From assembly GCA_963819655.1 (NCBI GenBank), contig CAWFXA010000003.1, forward strand, positions 352,001-416,000: a DNA stretch of 64,000 bases, read 5' to 3'. Every line of letters begins with the position of its first letter. The first letter of the stretch is position 1. Below, piece after piece: positions 18,275 through 28,039 of the stretch. Source of the DNA: an uncultured Chloroflexia bacterium (GTDB lineage Bacteria; Chloroflexota; Limnocylindria; Limnocylindrales; CSP1-4). The notes beneath the pieces are model-generated. The model saw nothing but the letters and a program-made list of their open reading frames with translations, was not told the origin of the DNA and made no database searches. Made by a program: the position numbers and the translations under genes.

Positions 18275-19444
18275 ATGGCCGCCAAGATCCTCGTCGTCGA
18301 TGACGATCCAAACGTCCAGCGACTCCTGCAGTACACGCTAAAGCAGGAGGGGTACGACGTCGTCATCGCCGGGGACGGCGCCGAGGGGTTCCGACTGTGG
18401 GGCGCGGAATCGCCCGACCTCGTTCTGCTCGACGTCATGCTGCCCAAGCTCGACGGCTATCAGGTCGCGCAGAAGATCCGCGAGCAGGAGGCCGGCGCCT
18501 CCCACGTCCCGATCATCATGCTCACCGCCGAGCGGGAGGTGGAGCAGAAGGTCCGCGGGCTCCGTGCGGGTGCAGACGATTACCTCATCAAGCCGTTCCA
18601 CCCGGCCGAGCTGCTGGCCCGGATCAAGAGCCTGCTCGCCCGGTTCGCGCCGCGCGACACACTGCTCGCCCGGCCGCCGATGGGGCGGATCCTCGCGTTC
18701 TACGGCGCCAAGGGCGGCGTCGGGACGACGACCATCGCCATCAACGCGGCGATCGCGTTCCACCGCGAGCTCGGGCGCAAGGTCTGCCTCGTCGATGGCA
18801 ACCTGCAGTTCGGCGACCACCGCGTGTTCCTCGACCTCGGGCTCGACAAGAAGAGCATCGTAGACATCGTGACCGCGCCGTCGATCGACGCGGACCTCAT
18901 CCGGAACGTCATCGTCAAGCACGAGTCCGGGGTGGACCTGCTCCTGGCGCCGCCGTCCCCGGAGACTGCCGAGCTGGTCCGGCCCGAGCATCTGCCGTTC
19001 ATCGCCGACCAGCTCTCGTCGATGTACGACTACATCATCCTCGACGTCGACAAGCGACTCGACGACGTCAACCTCGGCGTGTTCGAGGCGGCCGAGGTGG
19101 TCTTCGTCGTGATGACGGCCGACCTGTCGTGTCTCAAGAACGTCCGCCTGATCCTCGAGACGATGCATCACCTCGGCTATCCACCGGACAAGGTCCAGCT
19201 GGTGCTCAACCGCTCGAATGCGTTCACCGGCATCAACGTCAAGAACGCAGAAGGCGCGTTGCGGCGGACCATCGACCACCAGGTCGTGAACGAATACCGC
19301 GGCGCCATCAGCGCCCTCAACTCCGGCGCCCCGTTCATGTTCACCAAGGCCGATTCCCCGCTCGGCGCGTCGCTGCTGCAGTTCGTGCGCGGCGTCGACA
19401 AGGTCGCGGCGGCGGCCCTGGCGCAACCGGTCGGCGCCCGCTGA
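18275..19444 (+). CDS. Response regulator receiver fused to MinD/ParA-type ATPase (CpaE/TadZ-like)
   Basis: VVDD, LLDVMLP, LTA, KPF receiver; GAKGGVGTTT deviant Walker A; LVLNR. Confidence 0.9.
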   Translation: MAAKILVVDDDPNVQRLLQYTLKQEGYDVVIAGDGAEGFRLWGAESPDLVLLDVMLPKLDGYQVAQKIREQEAGASHVPIIMLTAEREVEQKVRGLRAGADDYLIKPFHPAELLARIKSLLARFAPRDTLLARPPMGRILAFYGAKGGVGTTTIAINAAIAFHRELGRKVCLVDGNLQFGDHRVFLDLGLDKKSIVDIVTAPSIDADLIRNVIVKHESGVDLLLAPPSPETAELVRPEHLPFIADQLSSMYDYIILDVDKRLDDVNLGVFEAAEVVFVVMTADLSCLKNVRLILETMHHLGYPPDKVQLVLNRSNAFTGINVKNAEGALRRTIDHQVVNEYRGAISALNSGAPFMFTKADSPLGASLLQFVRGVDKVAAAALAQPVGAR

Positions 19445-19551
19445 TCGAGAGATCTCGACGGCTCGTGGCGGCTCGCCGGTCGTTCCTCGTGGTGCGCCGC
19501 AGGTGATCGCCCGATAAGTCAGGGGTGAGCGGCCGCCGGTAGGGTGCCGGC

Positions 19552-21129
19552 ATGCTGGCTGTCGTCCCGTCCGCCACGTTGCATGGTCTCGACGGCCGGT
19601 CCATCCGCGTCGAGGTCGACGTCGCGCCCGGCCTGCCGGGCTTCACCGTCGTCGGCTTGGGCGACACAGCCGTGCAGGAAGCGCGTGAGCGCGTCCGTGG
19701 CGCGATCCGCAACGCCGGGTTCGCCTTCCCGCCGCGCCGCCTCACGGTCAACCTGGCACCGGCCGAACTGCGCAAGACGGGTGCGTCGCTCGACCTGGCC
19801 ATCGCCATCGGGATCCTTCTCGGCTCCGAGCAGGTGCGCGCCGGGCCACTCCCCATCGCCCTCCTCGGCGAGCTCGGCCTCGACGGTGAGGTGCGTCCGG
19901 TGCCGGGCATCCTGCCGATGGTCGCGGCGCTCGCCGGGCGCCGGATCGGGCGGGTCGTGGTCGCCCCGTCGGCCGTCGACGAGGGGCGTCTCGTGGAGGG
20001 CATCGACGTCGTCGGCGCTGCCAGCCTGGCCGATGCCGCGGATCTCGTTCGCGGCCGCCGGCCACGCCGCGTGCCGGTCGCGATGCCGCGCGTGACGATC
20101 ACCGGACCGGCAGGCGCCTCCGCGGATCTCGGGGTGCGACCGGCAGCGACCGTGCCGACCCCAGCGGTGCCCGACCTCGCAGAGGTGCGCGGGCAGGTCG
20201 AGGCGCGCCGCGGACTCGAGATCGCCCTCGCCGGCGGGCACGGCCTGCTGCTCACGGGGCCGCCGGGCGTGGGCAAGACGCTGCTGGCGCGGACGATCCC
20301 CGGTCTTCTGCCGCCGCTCGACGACGCGGCGGCACTGTCGGTGTCGATCGTGGCCTCGGCGGCAGGCGAGGGTCCGATCACATCGCTCCGCCGGCAGCCG
20401 CCGTTCCGCACGCCGCACCACACGCTGTCCTACGCGGCCATGGTGGGTGGTGGGCCGACGCTGTCCCCGGGCGAGATCACACGCGCCCATCAGGGCGTGC
20501 TTTTCCTCGATGAGCTGGCTGAGTTCGATCGGGATGTCCTCGAGGCGCTCCGTCAGCCGCTGGAGGAGGGCCGGATCCTCATCGCGCGGGCCGGCCGGGT
20601 CATGACGTTCCCCGCGCGCTTCCAGCTCGTGGCTGCGATGAACCCGTGTCCGTGCGGGTTCGCCGGGTCGTTGCCCGAGGATCGCTGCCGGTGCACGATC
20701 GCCGAGATCGATCGCTACGCGCGGCGGGTCTCGGGGCCGTTGCGTGACCGCCTCGACCTGTGGGTGTCGATGCCGCGCGTGCCGGCCGCGACGCTCGTCG
20801 GCGCCACCGACCCTGAGGACTCGGCGACCGTCGCGGGCCGGATCGCCGTGGCGCGAGCGTGGGCCGCGCTCGACCGCGGCCGGTCGAACGGTCGGCTGCG
20901 CGGGCCGCTCCTGCGTCGAGCGTGTCGCATGTCGGAGGTGACGACGCGACGCGTCGCCGAGCTCGCCGACGCAGAGTCGGCCAGCGGGCGTGGCACGGAG
21001 CGGATCATGCGGGTGGCCCGCACGATCGCCGACCTCGCCGGTTCACCGACGGTCGAGATCGGTCATCTCGATGAGGCAGCCTGGTATCGATCGCCCGCCC
21101 GACGACCGGTCGGGGCGCTGGCGTCCTGA
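19552..21129 (+). CDS. comM: ComM/YifB Mg-chelatase-like AAA+ ATPase
   Basis: VGLGDTAVQEARERV, NLAPA, GPPGVGKT, PFRTPHH, LFLDE, AMNPCPCG, SGPLRDR. Confidence 0.95.
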   Translation: MLAVVPSATLHGLDGRSIRVEVDVAPGLPGFTVVGLGDTAVQEARERVRGAIRNAGFAFPPRRLTVNLAPAELRKTGASLDLAIAIGILLGSEQVRAGPLPIALLGELGLDGEVRPVPGILPMVAALAGRRIGRVVVAPSAVDEGRLVEGIDVVGAASLADAADLVRGRRPRRVPVAMPRVTITGPAGASADLGVRPAATVPTPAVPDLAEVRGQVEARRGLEIALAGGHGLLLTGPPGVGKTLLARTIPGLLPPLDDAAALSVSIVASAAGEGPITSLRRQPPFRTPHHTLSYAAMVGGGPTLSPGEITRAHQGVLFLDELAEFDRDVLEALRQPLEEGRILIARAGRVMTFPARFQLVAAMNPCPCGFAGSLPEDRCRCTIAEIDRYARRVSGPLRDRLDLWVSMPRVPAATLVGATDPEDSATVAGRIAVARAWAALDRGRSNGRLRGPLLRRACRMSEVTTRRVAELADAESASGRGTERIMRVARTIADLAGSPTVEIGHLDEAAWYRSPARRPVGALAS

Positions 21130-22424
21130 TGACGCTCGGTGTCGGACGGATGCTCGACCAGACGCCGGCTCTGGACGCGGACCCGTACGCGCCTGAGCGC
21201 GACGCGTGGGCGGTCCTTGCGTCGGTGCACGGTCTCGGGCCGATCGGCTTCGCAGCCCTGCTGGCGTGTTACGGCTCGGCGCGGGGCGTGCTCGCGGTCG
21301 CGTCCGAGCCGGCCGGCGTAGAGCGGCTGATCGCGACGCCGGGTGCCGAGATCGGCCGCCGCGATCGGCCGATCCTCGAACCAGTCGCGCAGGCCATCGC
21401 CGATGCCGCGCAGGTCGCGGATCGCATCGTGGGACGGCTTCGCGCGCTCGGCGTGGGCGTGGTCACGGTCGAGGAACCGTCATACCCGACCCGCCTCGCG
21501 GCGATCGCGATGCCGCCGCACGTCCTGTACCTCCGCGGCCGGCACGCCGCGATGTCCCGCGCACGAGCGGTCGCGGTCGTCGGCACGCGACGAGCGACCG
21601 GCACTGGACGGTCAACGGCCGTCCGGATCGCCACGGCGCTCGCGGCCGCCGACGCGGCGGTCGTGTCCGGACTGGCGTTCGGGATCGACGGAGCCGCTCA
21701 CGAGGCGACGCTACGGGCGAGCGGCACGACCGTCGCGGTCATCGGTGGCGGCCACGCCCGCGTGGGTCCCGCGGCGCACGCCCGGTTGGCGGAGGCGATC
21801 GTCGCCAGCGGCGGCGCCGTCGTGTCCGAGCTGGCGCCCGACACCCCGCCGTCGGCGGGCACCTTCCCGCGGCGGAACAGGATCATCAGCGGGCTGACCG
21901 ACGCGACGGTCGTGGTCGAGGCGCCCGCCAAGTCCGGAGCGCTCATCACCGCGTCCTGGGCGCTCGAGCAGGGTCGGGCCTGCTTCCTCGTGCCCGGCCC
22001 CATAGACAGCCGAACGGCAGCCGGCTGTCTGGCGTTCCTACGCGAATTCCCGGAGGTCACCCATATCGTGGCGGGGATCCCCCAGCTCATCGCCGATCTC
22101 GGCTACGTGAGTGCCGCAGAGCCGGATCGCGACGCATTGGCTGCAGCGACATCGCAGGACCTCGGCCGCACGGAAGCGGCGGTTGCGCGCGGTCTCGTCG
22201 ACGGCCACGCCACGGTCGATGAGCTCGTCGCGACGACGGATCTGCCGGTCGCGACCGTCCTCGCCGCGCTCACACTGCTCGAGCGCCGAGGGCTCACGAG
22301 CGGGGCTCACGGTCGTTACAGGCCGGCCGGTACGCTCATCGGCGAGCAGACCGCGTTCTGGGCGGGAGCCACTGGAGGCCGGTCCGGTGCGGTTGCCCGT
22401 GCTGGACACCCGGTGCTACCCTGA
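21129..22424 (+). CDS. dprA: DNA-processing protein DprA
   Basis: AVVGTR, VSGLAFGIDGAAH, FPRRNRIISGL, VEA..KSGALIT, C-terminal winged helix. Confidence 0.95.
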   Translation: MTLGVGRMLDQTPALDADPYAPERDAWAVLASVHGLGPIGFAALLACYGSARGVLAVASEPAGVERLIATPGAEIGRRDRPILEPVAQAIADAAQVADRIVGRLRALGVGVVTVEEPSYPTRLAAIAMPPHVLYLRGRHAAMSRARAVAVVGTRRATGTGRSTAVRIATALAAADAAVVSGLAFGIDGAAHEATLRASGTTVAVIGGGHARVGPAAHARLAEAIVASGGAVVSELAPDTPPSAGTFPRRNRIISGLTDATVVVEAPAKSGALITASWALEQGRACFLVPGPIDSRTAAGCLAFLREFPEVTHIVAGIPQLIADLGYVSAAEPDRDALAAATSQDLGRTEAAVARGLVDGHATVDELVATTDLPVATVLAALTLLERRGLTSGAHGRYRPAGTLIGEQTAFWAGATGGRSGAVARAGHPVLP

Positions 22425-22446
22425 CCGGCGCATCCGCCCCAGCGTG

Positions 22447-24147
22447 ATGCGGGCGACCGTTCGGGACCCCCATCCCCGTCGCTCCCCAGGACTGCAGCTG
22501 AGTTCTGTATTGCGGAAGTACCTCATCGCGATCCTGGCCGTCCCGGTCCTGCTCGGCGTGTACGCAGCAGCGCTGCTCGGCCGGTCACGGTACGTCCGTG
22601 GCGGTGTGGCGATCGGGCTCGGCGCAGTGGTGGCCCTCGGAGCGATGTCCTTCGCCCGGCCGACGCTCACGACGGCCTCGCCGGTCAGCGACATCGTCCC
22701 CCTGACCCAGGCGGCATTCCGGACGGCGGTCAGCACGAATTTCGACCTCCTGTCGCCGGCGACGATCGTGTTCAGCACGCCGATGGAGCGTGAATTGGTC
22801 GAGGCCGCGGTATCCGTCCAACCCGCCGTCGGGGTATCGCTCCAGTGGAACGCCGACGGCACCACCGTGGAGATCGTCCCCACGGAACATTGGGCGCCGT
22901 CGACGTACTACACGGTCACTGTCGGCTCGGGCGCACTCGCGACCACTGGACGGCCGATGACCCAGCCGGCCCGCGCCGCGTTCCTGACCCGGGAGGCGGC
23001 GTCTGCCGCGGTCGCGGCGACGTCGAAGGTGGAGAAGCGCGTCGCGATCGACTCATCGTTCACGGTGGCCTTCGATCAAGCGGTCGACCTCGGGTCGGTC
23101 GCCGGAGCGATCAAGATCGAGCCGGCCCTCAGCGGCGCCCTGACGCGCATCACCAACGCGGCCGGCCTGCCGACGTATACGTTCACGCCGGCCCAGCCAC
23201 TGCTGCCCGATACGCGCTACCAGCTGGTCGTGGCCGGTGCCCGGGACGCGGCCGGCGTCGAGGTGCCACCGATCGCGATGGCTCTCCGCACCGTGAAGGC
23301 GCCGGCGGTCGTCCGTTTCCGGCCTCAGGCGTCCACGACCAACGTCGCCCGTGATGCCGCGATCTCGGTGCGGTTCACCCAGTCGATGAACCGGGTCGCG
23401 ACGAAGAACGCGTTCCGCGTCACGATCGACGGCAAGGCGATCGCCGGCAAGGTCACGTTCGCGGAGAACGACTCGGTCCTCATCTTCGACCCGTCGTCGA
23501 ACCTCCCGTACGGCGCCTCGGTCGTGGCCACCGTTGCCGCGACGGCCAAGAGCGCCGATGGTGTGTCGATGGGTGTCGTCAGGAACGGAACGTTCAAGGT
23601 GGTCAGGAAGCCGGCAGTCAAGCGAGCGATCAGCTCCGGTGGCGGCGGGGGCGGTGGCGGCGGTGGAGGCGGCGGGTCCGTGGGCGGCGGCACATGGGGT
23701 GCCGTCGAGCGCTACTACCTCGACCTGATGAACTGCACACGGACGGGCGGCCTCGTGACGACCGGCGGAGACTGCAGCAGCCCGGGTGGGCGCAGTGTGG
23801 CCCCCCTCAAGCTCGACGCCGGGATCAGCACCAAGGTCGCGCGCCCGTACGCCAAGAAGCTGGCCGTCAACAACATGTGCACCCACTTCAGCGGCGGCAA
23901 CCCGGGCGATCGCCTGCGCCGCGCGGGGTACAGCAGCTATCGCTGGGCGGAGAACCTCGGGTGCCGGTCGGGCAACCCGTACAGTGCGGTCCTGGGCAGC
24001 CATCGCTACTTCCAGAGCGAGCGGTCGTGGAGCCCGCCGGGCGGCCATTACGTGAACCTGATGAACAGCGCGTACGACCGTGTCGGGATCGGCGTGTGGG
24101 TGTCGGGCGGCCGAGTGCGCCTGGTCGTCGACTTCTACCACCCGTAG
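22447..24147 (+). CDS. Membrane-anchored protein with Ig-like (Big_5) repeats and C-terminal CAP/SCP domain
   Basis: Two N-terminal hydrophobic segments, three F(S/D/T)..(M/V) Ig-like repeats, poly-Gly linker, DRLRRAGY..WAENL...GHY.NLM...YDRVGIGV; start could be TTG 22510. Confidence 0.8.
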   Translation: MRATVRDPHPRRSPGLQLSSVLRKYLIAILAVPVLLGVYAAALLGRSRYVRGGVAIGLGAVVALGAMSFARPTLTTASPVSDIVPLTQAAFRTAVSTNFDLLSPATIVFSTPMERELVEAAVSVQPAVGVSLQWNADGTTVEIVPTEHWAPSTYYTVTVGSGALATTGRPMTQPARAAFLTREAASAAVAATSKVEKRVAIDSSFTVAFDQAVDLGSVAGAIKIEPALSGALTRITNAAGLPTYTFTPAQPLLPDTRYQLVVAGARDAAGVEVPPIAMALRTVKAPAVVRFRPQASTTNVARDAAISVRFTQSMNRVATKNAFRVTIDGKAIAGKVTFAENDSVLIFDPSSNLPYGASVVATVAATAKSADGVSMGVVRNGTFKVVRKPAVKRAISSGGGGGGGGGGGGGSVGGGTWGAVERYYLDLMNCTRTGGLVTTGGDCSSPGGRSVAPLKLDAGISTKVARPYAKKLAVNNMCTHFSGGNPGDRLRRAGYSSYRWAENLGCRSGNPYSAVLGSHRYFQSERSWSPPGGHYVNLMNSAYDRVGIGVWVSGGRVRLVVDFYHP

Positions 24148-24198
24148 GGGGACCATCGGGCTAGTCCCGTCCAGGCGGACGCGGCGCACGATGCGCCC

Positions 24199-24546
24199 AT
24201 GCTCCGCAACGCCGTCCTGCACCTCGCCAACGAGCAACCGCTTCTGGCCGACCTGTTCGAGATGCCGACCTCGGGCGACGTGACCGTGCGCCTCACGAAT
24301 CTTCGGACGCTCGATGGCAAACGGCCGATCTTCGTCGACGATCTGAAGTCGGTCTTCGTGTTCCCGTACCACCGCGTCACGTTCATCGAGATCCCCCCGC
24401 AGGCGGCCCTCACCGCCGAGATGGGCGACGCCCTCCCGGTGCCCGTGGCGGTCGGTGCCTCCGGGCGGGATGACGCGGCAGACACCGCCGACGACGGCGA
24501 GCTCGAGATCGACGAGGACTTCCTGCGCCGGATCCGCGAGGTCTGA
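24199..24546 (+). CDS. Hypothetical small beta-rich protein with acidic tail
   Basis: Clean codon usage, 65-aa globular part ending VFPYHRVTFIEI, acidic linker, LEIDEDFLRRIREV. Confidence 0.75.
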   Translation: MLRNAVLHLANEQPLLADLFEMPTSGDVTVRLTNLRTLDGKRPIFVDDLKSVFVFPYHRVTFIEIPPQAALTAEMGDALPVPVAVGASGRDDAADTADDGELEIDEDFLRRIREV

Positions 24547-24565
24547 ACGCGCCCTTCGGGCGCGT
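24547..24565 (+). terminator. GC hairpin after hypothetical gene
   Basis: ACGCGCCC-TTC-GGGCGCGT directly after the stop codon. Confidence 0.4.
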
Positions 24566-24635
24566 CCCTGAGCTCCCTTCGACCGTCGCCCGCCAGATAC
24601 GGGGACGTGAAGGACCCGGTGCTACACTCCCGGCC

Positions 24636-27059
24636 GTGTCCAAGAACCTCGTGATCGTCGAGTCGCCTGCCAAGGCGCGGACGATCGAGCGCTATCTGGG
24701 CGACGACTACCGTGTCCTCGCCTCCTATGGCCATGTTCGCGATCTGCCCGAGAACCCGGGCAAGGGCAAGTTCGGCGTCGACGTCGACCATGATTTCGAA
24801 CCCGAGTACGTCATCAACGAGGACCGCCGCAAACAGGTCAACGACATCGCCAAGGCCGCCAAGGGGTCGGATCTCGTGTACCTCGCCACCGACCTCGACC
24901 GTGAGGGTGAGGCGATCGCGTGGCATGTCGCCGAAGCCGCGCACGTCCCATCCGAGAAGACGCGCCGGGTGACGTTCAGCGAGATCACCGAGCCGGCCAT
25001 CCGCGAGGCGTTCGCCCACCCGCGTGGGATCGACCAGAACCTCGTCGATGCGCAGCAGACCCGCCGGATCGTCGATCGCCTGGTCGGCTACACGCTCAGC
25101 CCGCTGCTCTCGCGCAAGGTCCGCGGCGGGCTGTCGGCAGGCCGCGTGCAGTCCGTGGCGGTCCGTCTGGTCGTCGAGCGCGAGCGCGAGATCGAGGCGT
25201 TCACCGCACGCGAGTACTGGACGATCGAAGCGATCCTCGCCACGGCCGCCGGCGACACGTTCGCCGCCGAACTCGTCCGGATCGACGGCGAGCCACTCGC
25301 CCTGGCCGACGAAGCCACGACCGAACGGCATGCCACCGCGCTCCGCGACGCCCATCCGGTCGTCCGGAAGGTCGGTGTCCGGACCCAGAAGCGGTCGCCC
25401 GCGCCGCCGTTCACGACGTCGACCCTCCAGCAGGAGGCCAGCCGCAAGCTGTCGTTCAGTCCCAAGCGGACGATGTCGATCGCGCAGCGGCTGTACGAGG
25501 GCGCAGACACGCCGGACGGCCACGTCGGGTTGATCACCTACATGCGGACCGACTCGACGGCGATGGCCGGCATCGCGATGGGCGAGGCGCGCGAGGTCAT
25601 CGCAGCGCGCTATGGCGACCCGTTCACGATGCCCAAGGGTCGGGTCTACAAGACGACCTCGAAGGGCGCCCAGGAGGCGCACGAGTCGATCCGGCCGACG
25701 AGCTTCCAACGGGACCCGGACTCGCTCGAGGGCACGCTCAAGCCCGAGGAGCTGCGGCTCTACCGGCTCATCTGGCAGCGTGCGCTCGCCTCGCAGATGG
25801 CGCCCAAGGAGCTCGAGACCACGACAGTCGACCTGGCCGACGGCCCGTATGAGCTGCGGGCGACCTCCACCCGGACCTTGTTCGAAGGGTTCGCCCGGGT
25901 ATACACGGAAGGTCGCGACGACGCCGATGCCGACGACGACGACGTGACGCGGCGCCTCCCGACGCTTGCCGACGGCGACCCCACCGATGTCCGCGAGGTC
26001 ACGCCGACCCAGCACTTCACCGAGCCGCCGCCGCGCTTCACCGAGGCGACGCTGATCAAGGCGCTCGAGGAGCACGGCATCGGCCGGCCGTCGACCTACG
26101 CGGCGACGATCTCGACGATCATCGATCGCGGCTATGTCCGGGTCGAGGAGCGTCGGCTGCGGCCGGAGCCGGTCGCCGGGATCGTAACCGACCTGCTGGT
26201 GGAGCATTTCGGCGACTACGTGGATCTGGCCTTCACGGCCCGGATGGAGGAGGAGCTCGACGAGATCGCGCGCGGGGAGCGCGCCTGGGTGCCGCTGCTG
26301 CAGGCGTTCTATGCGCCGCTCCGCGATCGAGTGGCCGAGAAGCGACGCGAGCTGCGTCGCAGCGACTTCACGACCGAGGAGACCGACGAGGTCTGCTCCG
26401 AAGGTCATCCGATGGTCATCCGGCTCGGGCGCAACGGCCGGTTCCTGGCGTGCTCGATGTACCCCGAGCACAAGGAGACGCGGCCACTCCCCGGGGAGGA
26501 GCCGCCGCCCCAGGAGGGGACCGGCGAGGTCTGCCCGAAGTGTGGCGAAGGCACGCTGGTGGGCCGGCGCGGCAAGTTCGGCCCGTTCCTCGGCTGCTCC
26601 CGCTATCCCGAGTGCGACTACATCAAGCGCGAGGGTCCACCGCCGCCTGAGCCGCTGCCGTTCGAGGTCACCTGCCCCAAGAACAACGACGGCCACCTCG
26701 TCCCGCGTCGCGCGCGACGGACCGGGAACGTCTTCTGGGGGTGCTCGAACTACCCACGCTGCGATTTCACGACCAACTACGAGCCGCTCGGTGGCCTGCA
26801 CGACATCGACGACGGGCCGCTCGCGCGCAAGGGCGACGCGGCGATCTGCCTGAAATGCGGCTCGTCGAGCGAGACGGCGCCCGACGCCATCGTCCCGGGC
26901 GAGAAGTACGCGGGTGGGCCACCCGATCCGGAGGCCCTGGCGCGACCCGCGCGTGGCCGGGGAGGTGCACGCACGGGCCGTCCCCGCGGTGGCACCCGCT
27001 CCGGTGGCCGCGGCTCGTCCCGCACGACGCGTTCCGCAGAGCCGGCCTCCGAGGCGTGA
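24636..27059 (+). CDS. topA: DNA topoisomerase I (type IA)
   Basis: IVESPAKA, D.DREGEAI, SAGRVQS, ITYMRTDS, GIGRPSTY, zinc ribbons, basic tail. Confidence 0.98.
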   Translation: MSKNLVIVESPAKARTIERYLGDDYRVLASYGHVRDLPENPGKGKFGVDVDHDFEPEYVINEDRRKQVNDIAKAAKGSDLVYLATDLDREGEAIAWHVAEAAHVPSEKTRRVTFSEITEPAIREAFAHPRGIDQNLVDAQQTRRIVDRLVGYTLSPLLSRKVRGGLSAGRVQSVAVRLVVEREREIEAFTAREYWTIEAILATAAGDTFAAELVRIDGEPLALADEATTERHATALRDAHPVVRKVGVRTQKRSPAPPFTTSTLQQEASRKLSFSPKRTMSIAQRLYEGADTPDGHVGLITYMRTDSTAMAGIAMGEAREVIAARYGDPFTMPKGRVYKTTSKGAQEAHESIRPTSFQRDPDSLEGTLKPEELRLYRLIWQRALASQMAPKELETTTVDLADGPYELRATSTRTLFEGFARVYTEGRDDADADDDDVTRRLPTLADGDPTDVREVTPTQHFTEPPPRFTEATLIKALEEHGIGRPSTYAATISTIIDRGYVRVEERRLRPEPVAGIVTDLLVEHFGDYVDLAFTARMEEELDEIARGERAWVPLLQAFYAPLRDRVAEKRRELRRSDFTTEETDEVCSEGHPMVIRLGRNGRFLACSMYPEHKETRPLPGEEPPPQEGTGEVCPKCGEGTLVGRRGKFGPFLGCSRYPECDYIKREGPPPPEPLPFEVTCPKNNDGHLVPRRARRTGNVFWGCSNYPRCDFTTNYEPLGGLHDIDDGPLARKGDAAICLKCGSSSETAPDAIVPGEKYAGGPPDPEALARPARGRGGARTGRPRGGTRSGGRGSSRTTRSAEPASEA

Positions 27060-28039
27060 ACGCGGTCGCGGGTGACCCCCCGACCCACCTCGCTCTGGAC
27101 CGGTTCCTCCGGTCGCTGGCCGCGCGCGACGCTTCGCCGCACACGATCCGTGCCTACGACACCGCGATCGGTGCCTATCTCGATTGGCTCGCCGCGCGCG
27201 GCGTCGACTGGACCCGCCCGACCAGGCCGGAGCTGCGCGGCTATCTCGCGAGGCTCGGCAGCGGTGGCGCCCGTTCGACCGTCGCCCAACGTCTTGCCGC
27301 CATCCGCTCCTTCCACCGCTGGGCGGCACGCGAAGGTCTCGCTGCCGGCGACCCGTGGGGCGCGATCGCGACGCCGCGCCTGCCCAGGCGCCTGCCCCGC
27401 GTTCTCGAGGTCGACCAGGTGGCGCGGCTCCTCGCGGTCGTCGAGGCGGACCTCGAGGCGGCGGAGGCGGCCAGCCCCGACGGGATGGCGCTCGCGACGG
27501 CCCTCGCGATGCGGGACCGGGCCCTGGTCGAGACGGCCTACGCAGCCGGGTTGCGCATCAGCGAGCTTGCCGCGGCCGATCTCGCGTCGCTCGACCTGCG
27601 ACGGGGTGAGATCCGCGTCATCGGCAAGGGCCGCAAGGAACGGATCGGGTTGCTGGGGCGACCGGCGGTCTCGGCACTGACGTCGTACCTGGATCATGGC
27701 CGGCCGCTGCTCGCTGAGCGCCGCGCAGCGAGCGCATCCGTGCCGACCGCGGTGTTCCTGAACCACGCCGGTGCGCCACTCGGGGTGCGCGGACTGCGCT
27801 ACCGGCTGGACCGCCTGTGCCGTGCCGCCGGCCTGCCGGAAGGGGTCTCGCCGCATACGCTCCGCCACTCGTTCGCGACCCACCTGCTCGACGGGGGCGC
27901 CGACCTGCGGGTGGTCCAGGAGCTGCTCGGCCACGAGAATCTCGCGACGACACAGGTGTACACGCACGTGTCGCCCGGCCGGCTGGCGGCCGCCTACCGC
28001 GACGCGCACCCACGAGCGCGGCGGGTCGACAAGGGGTGA
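27056..28039 (+). CDS. xerC: Tyrosine recombinase XerC/XerD
   Basis: SPHT.RAY, GLRISEL, GKGRKER, HTLRHSFATHLL, LLGH...TTQVYTHV; follows topA. Confidence 0.9.
   Translation: MNAVAGDPPTHLALDRFLRSLAARDASPHTIRAYDTAIGAYLDWLAARGVDWTRPTRPELRGYLARLGSGGARSTVAQRLAAIRSFHRWAAREGLAAGDPWGAIATPRLPRRLPRVLEVDQVARLLAVVEADLEAAEAASPDGMALATALAMRDRALVETAYAAGLRISELAAADLASLDLRRGEIRVIGKGRKERIGLLGRPAVSALTSYLDHGRPLLAERRAASASVPTAVFLNHAGAPLGVRGLRYRLDRLCRAAGLPEGVSPHTLRHSFATHLLDGGADLRVVQELLGHENLATTQVYTHVSPGRLAAAYRDAHPRARRVDKG

Noticed and set aside
23638-23676. GGC/GGT microsatellite
   Set aside because: In-frame poly-Gly linker with mixed codons, not a phase-variable tract
24135-27329. Very long antisense or alternate-frame ORFs (also 6835-8961, 37541-39748, 42965-44725 and the 5' extensions of 27771-30674 and 32121-35777)
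   Set aside because: Shadow frames of well-identified genes, expected from stop-codon scarcity in high-GC DNA
27056-28039. Mobile-element integrase
   Set aside because: Xer-type motifs, coupled to topA and murJ, no att sites or cargo
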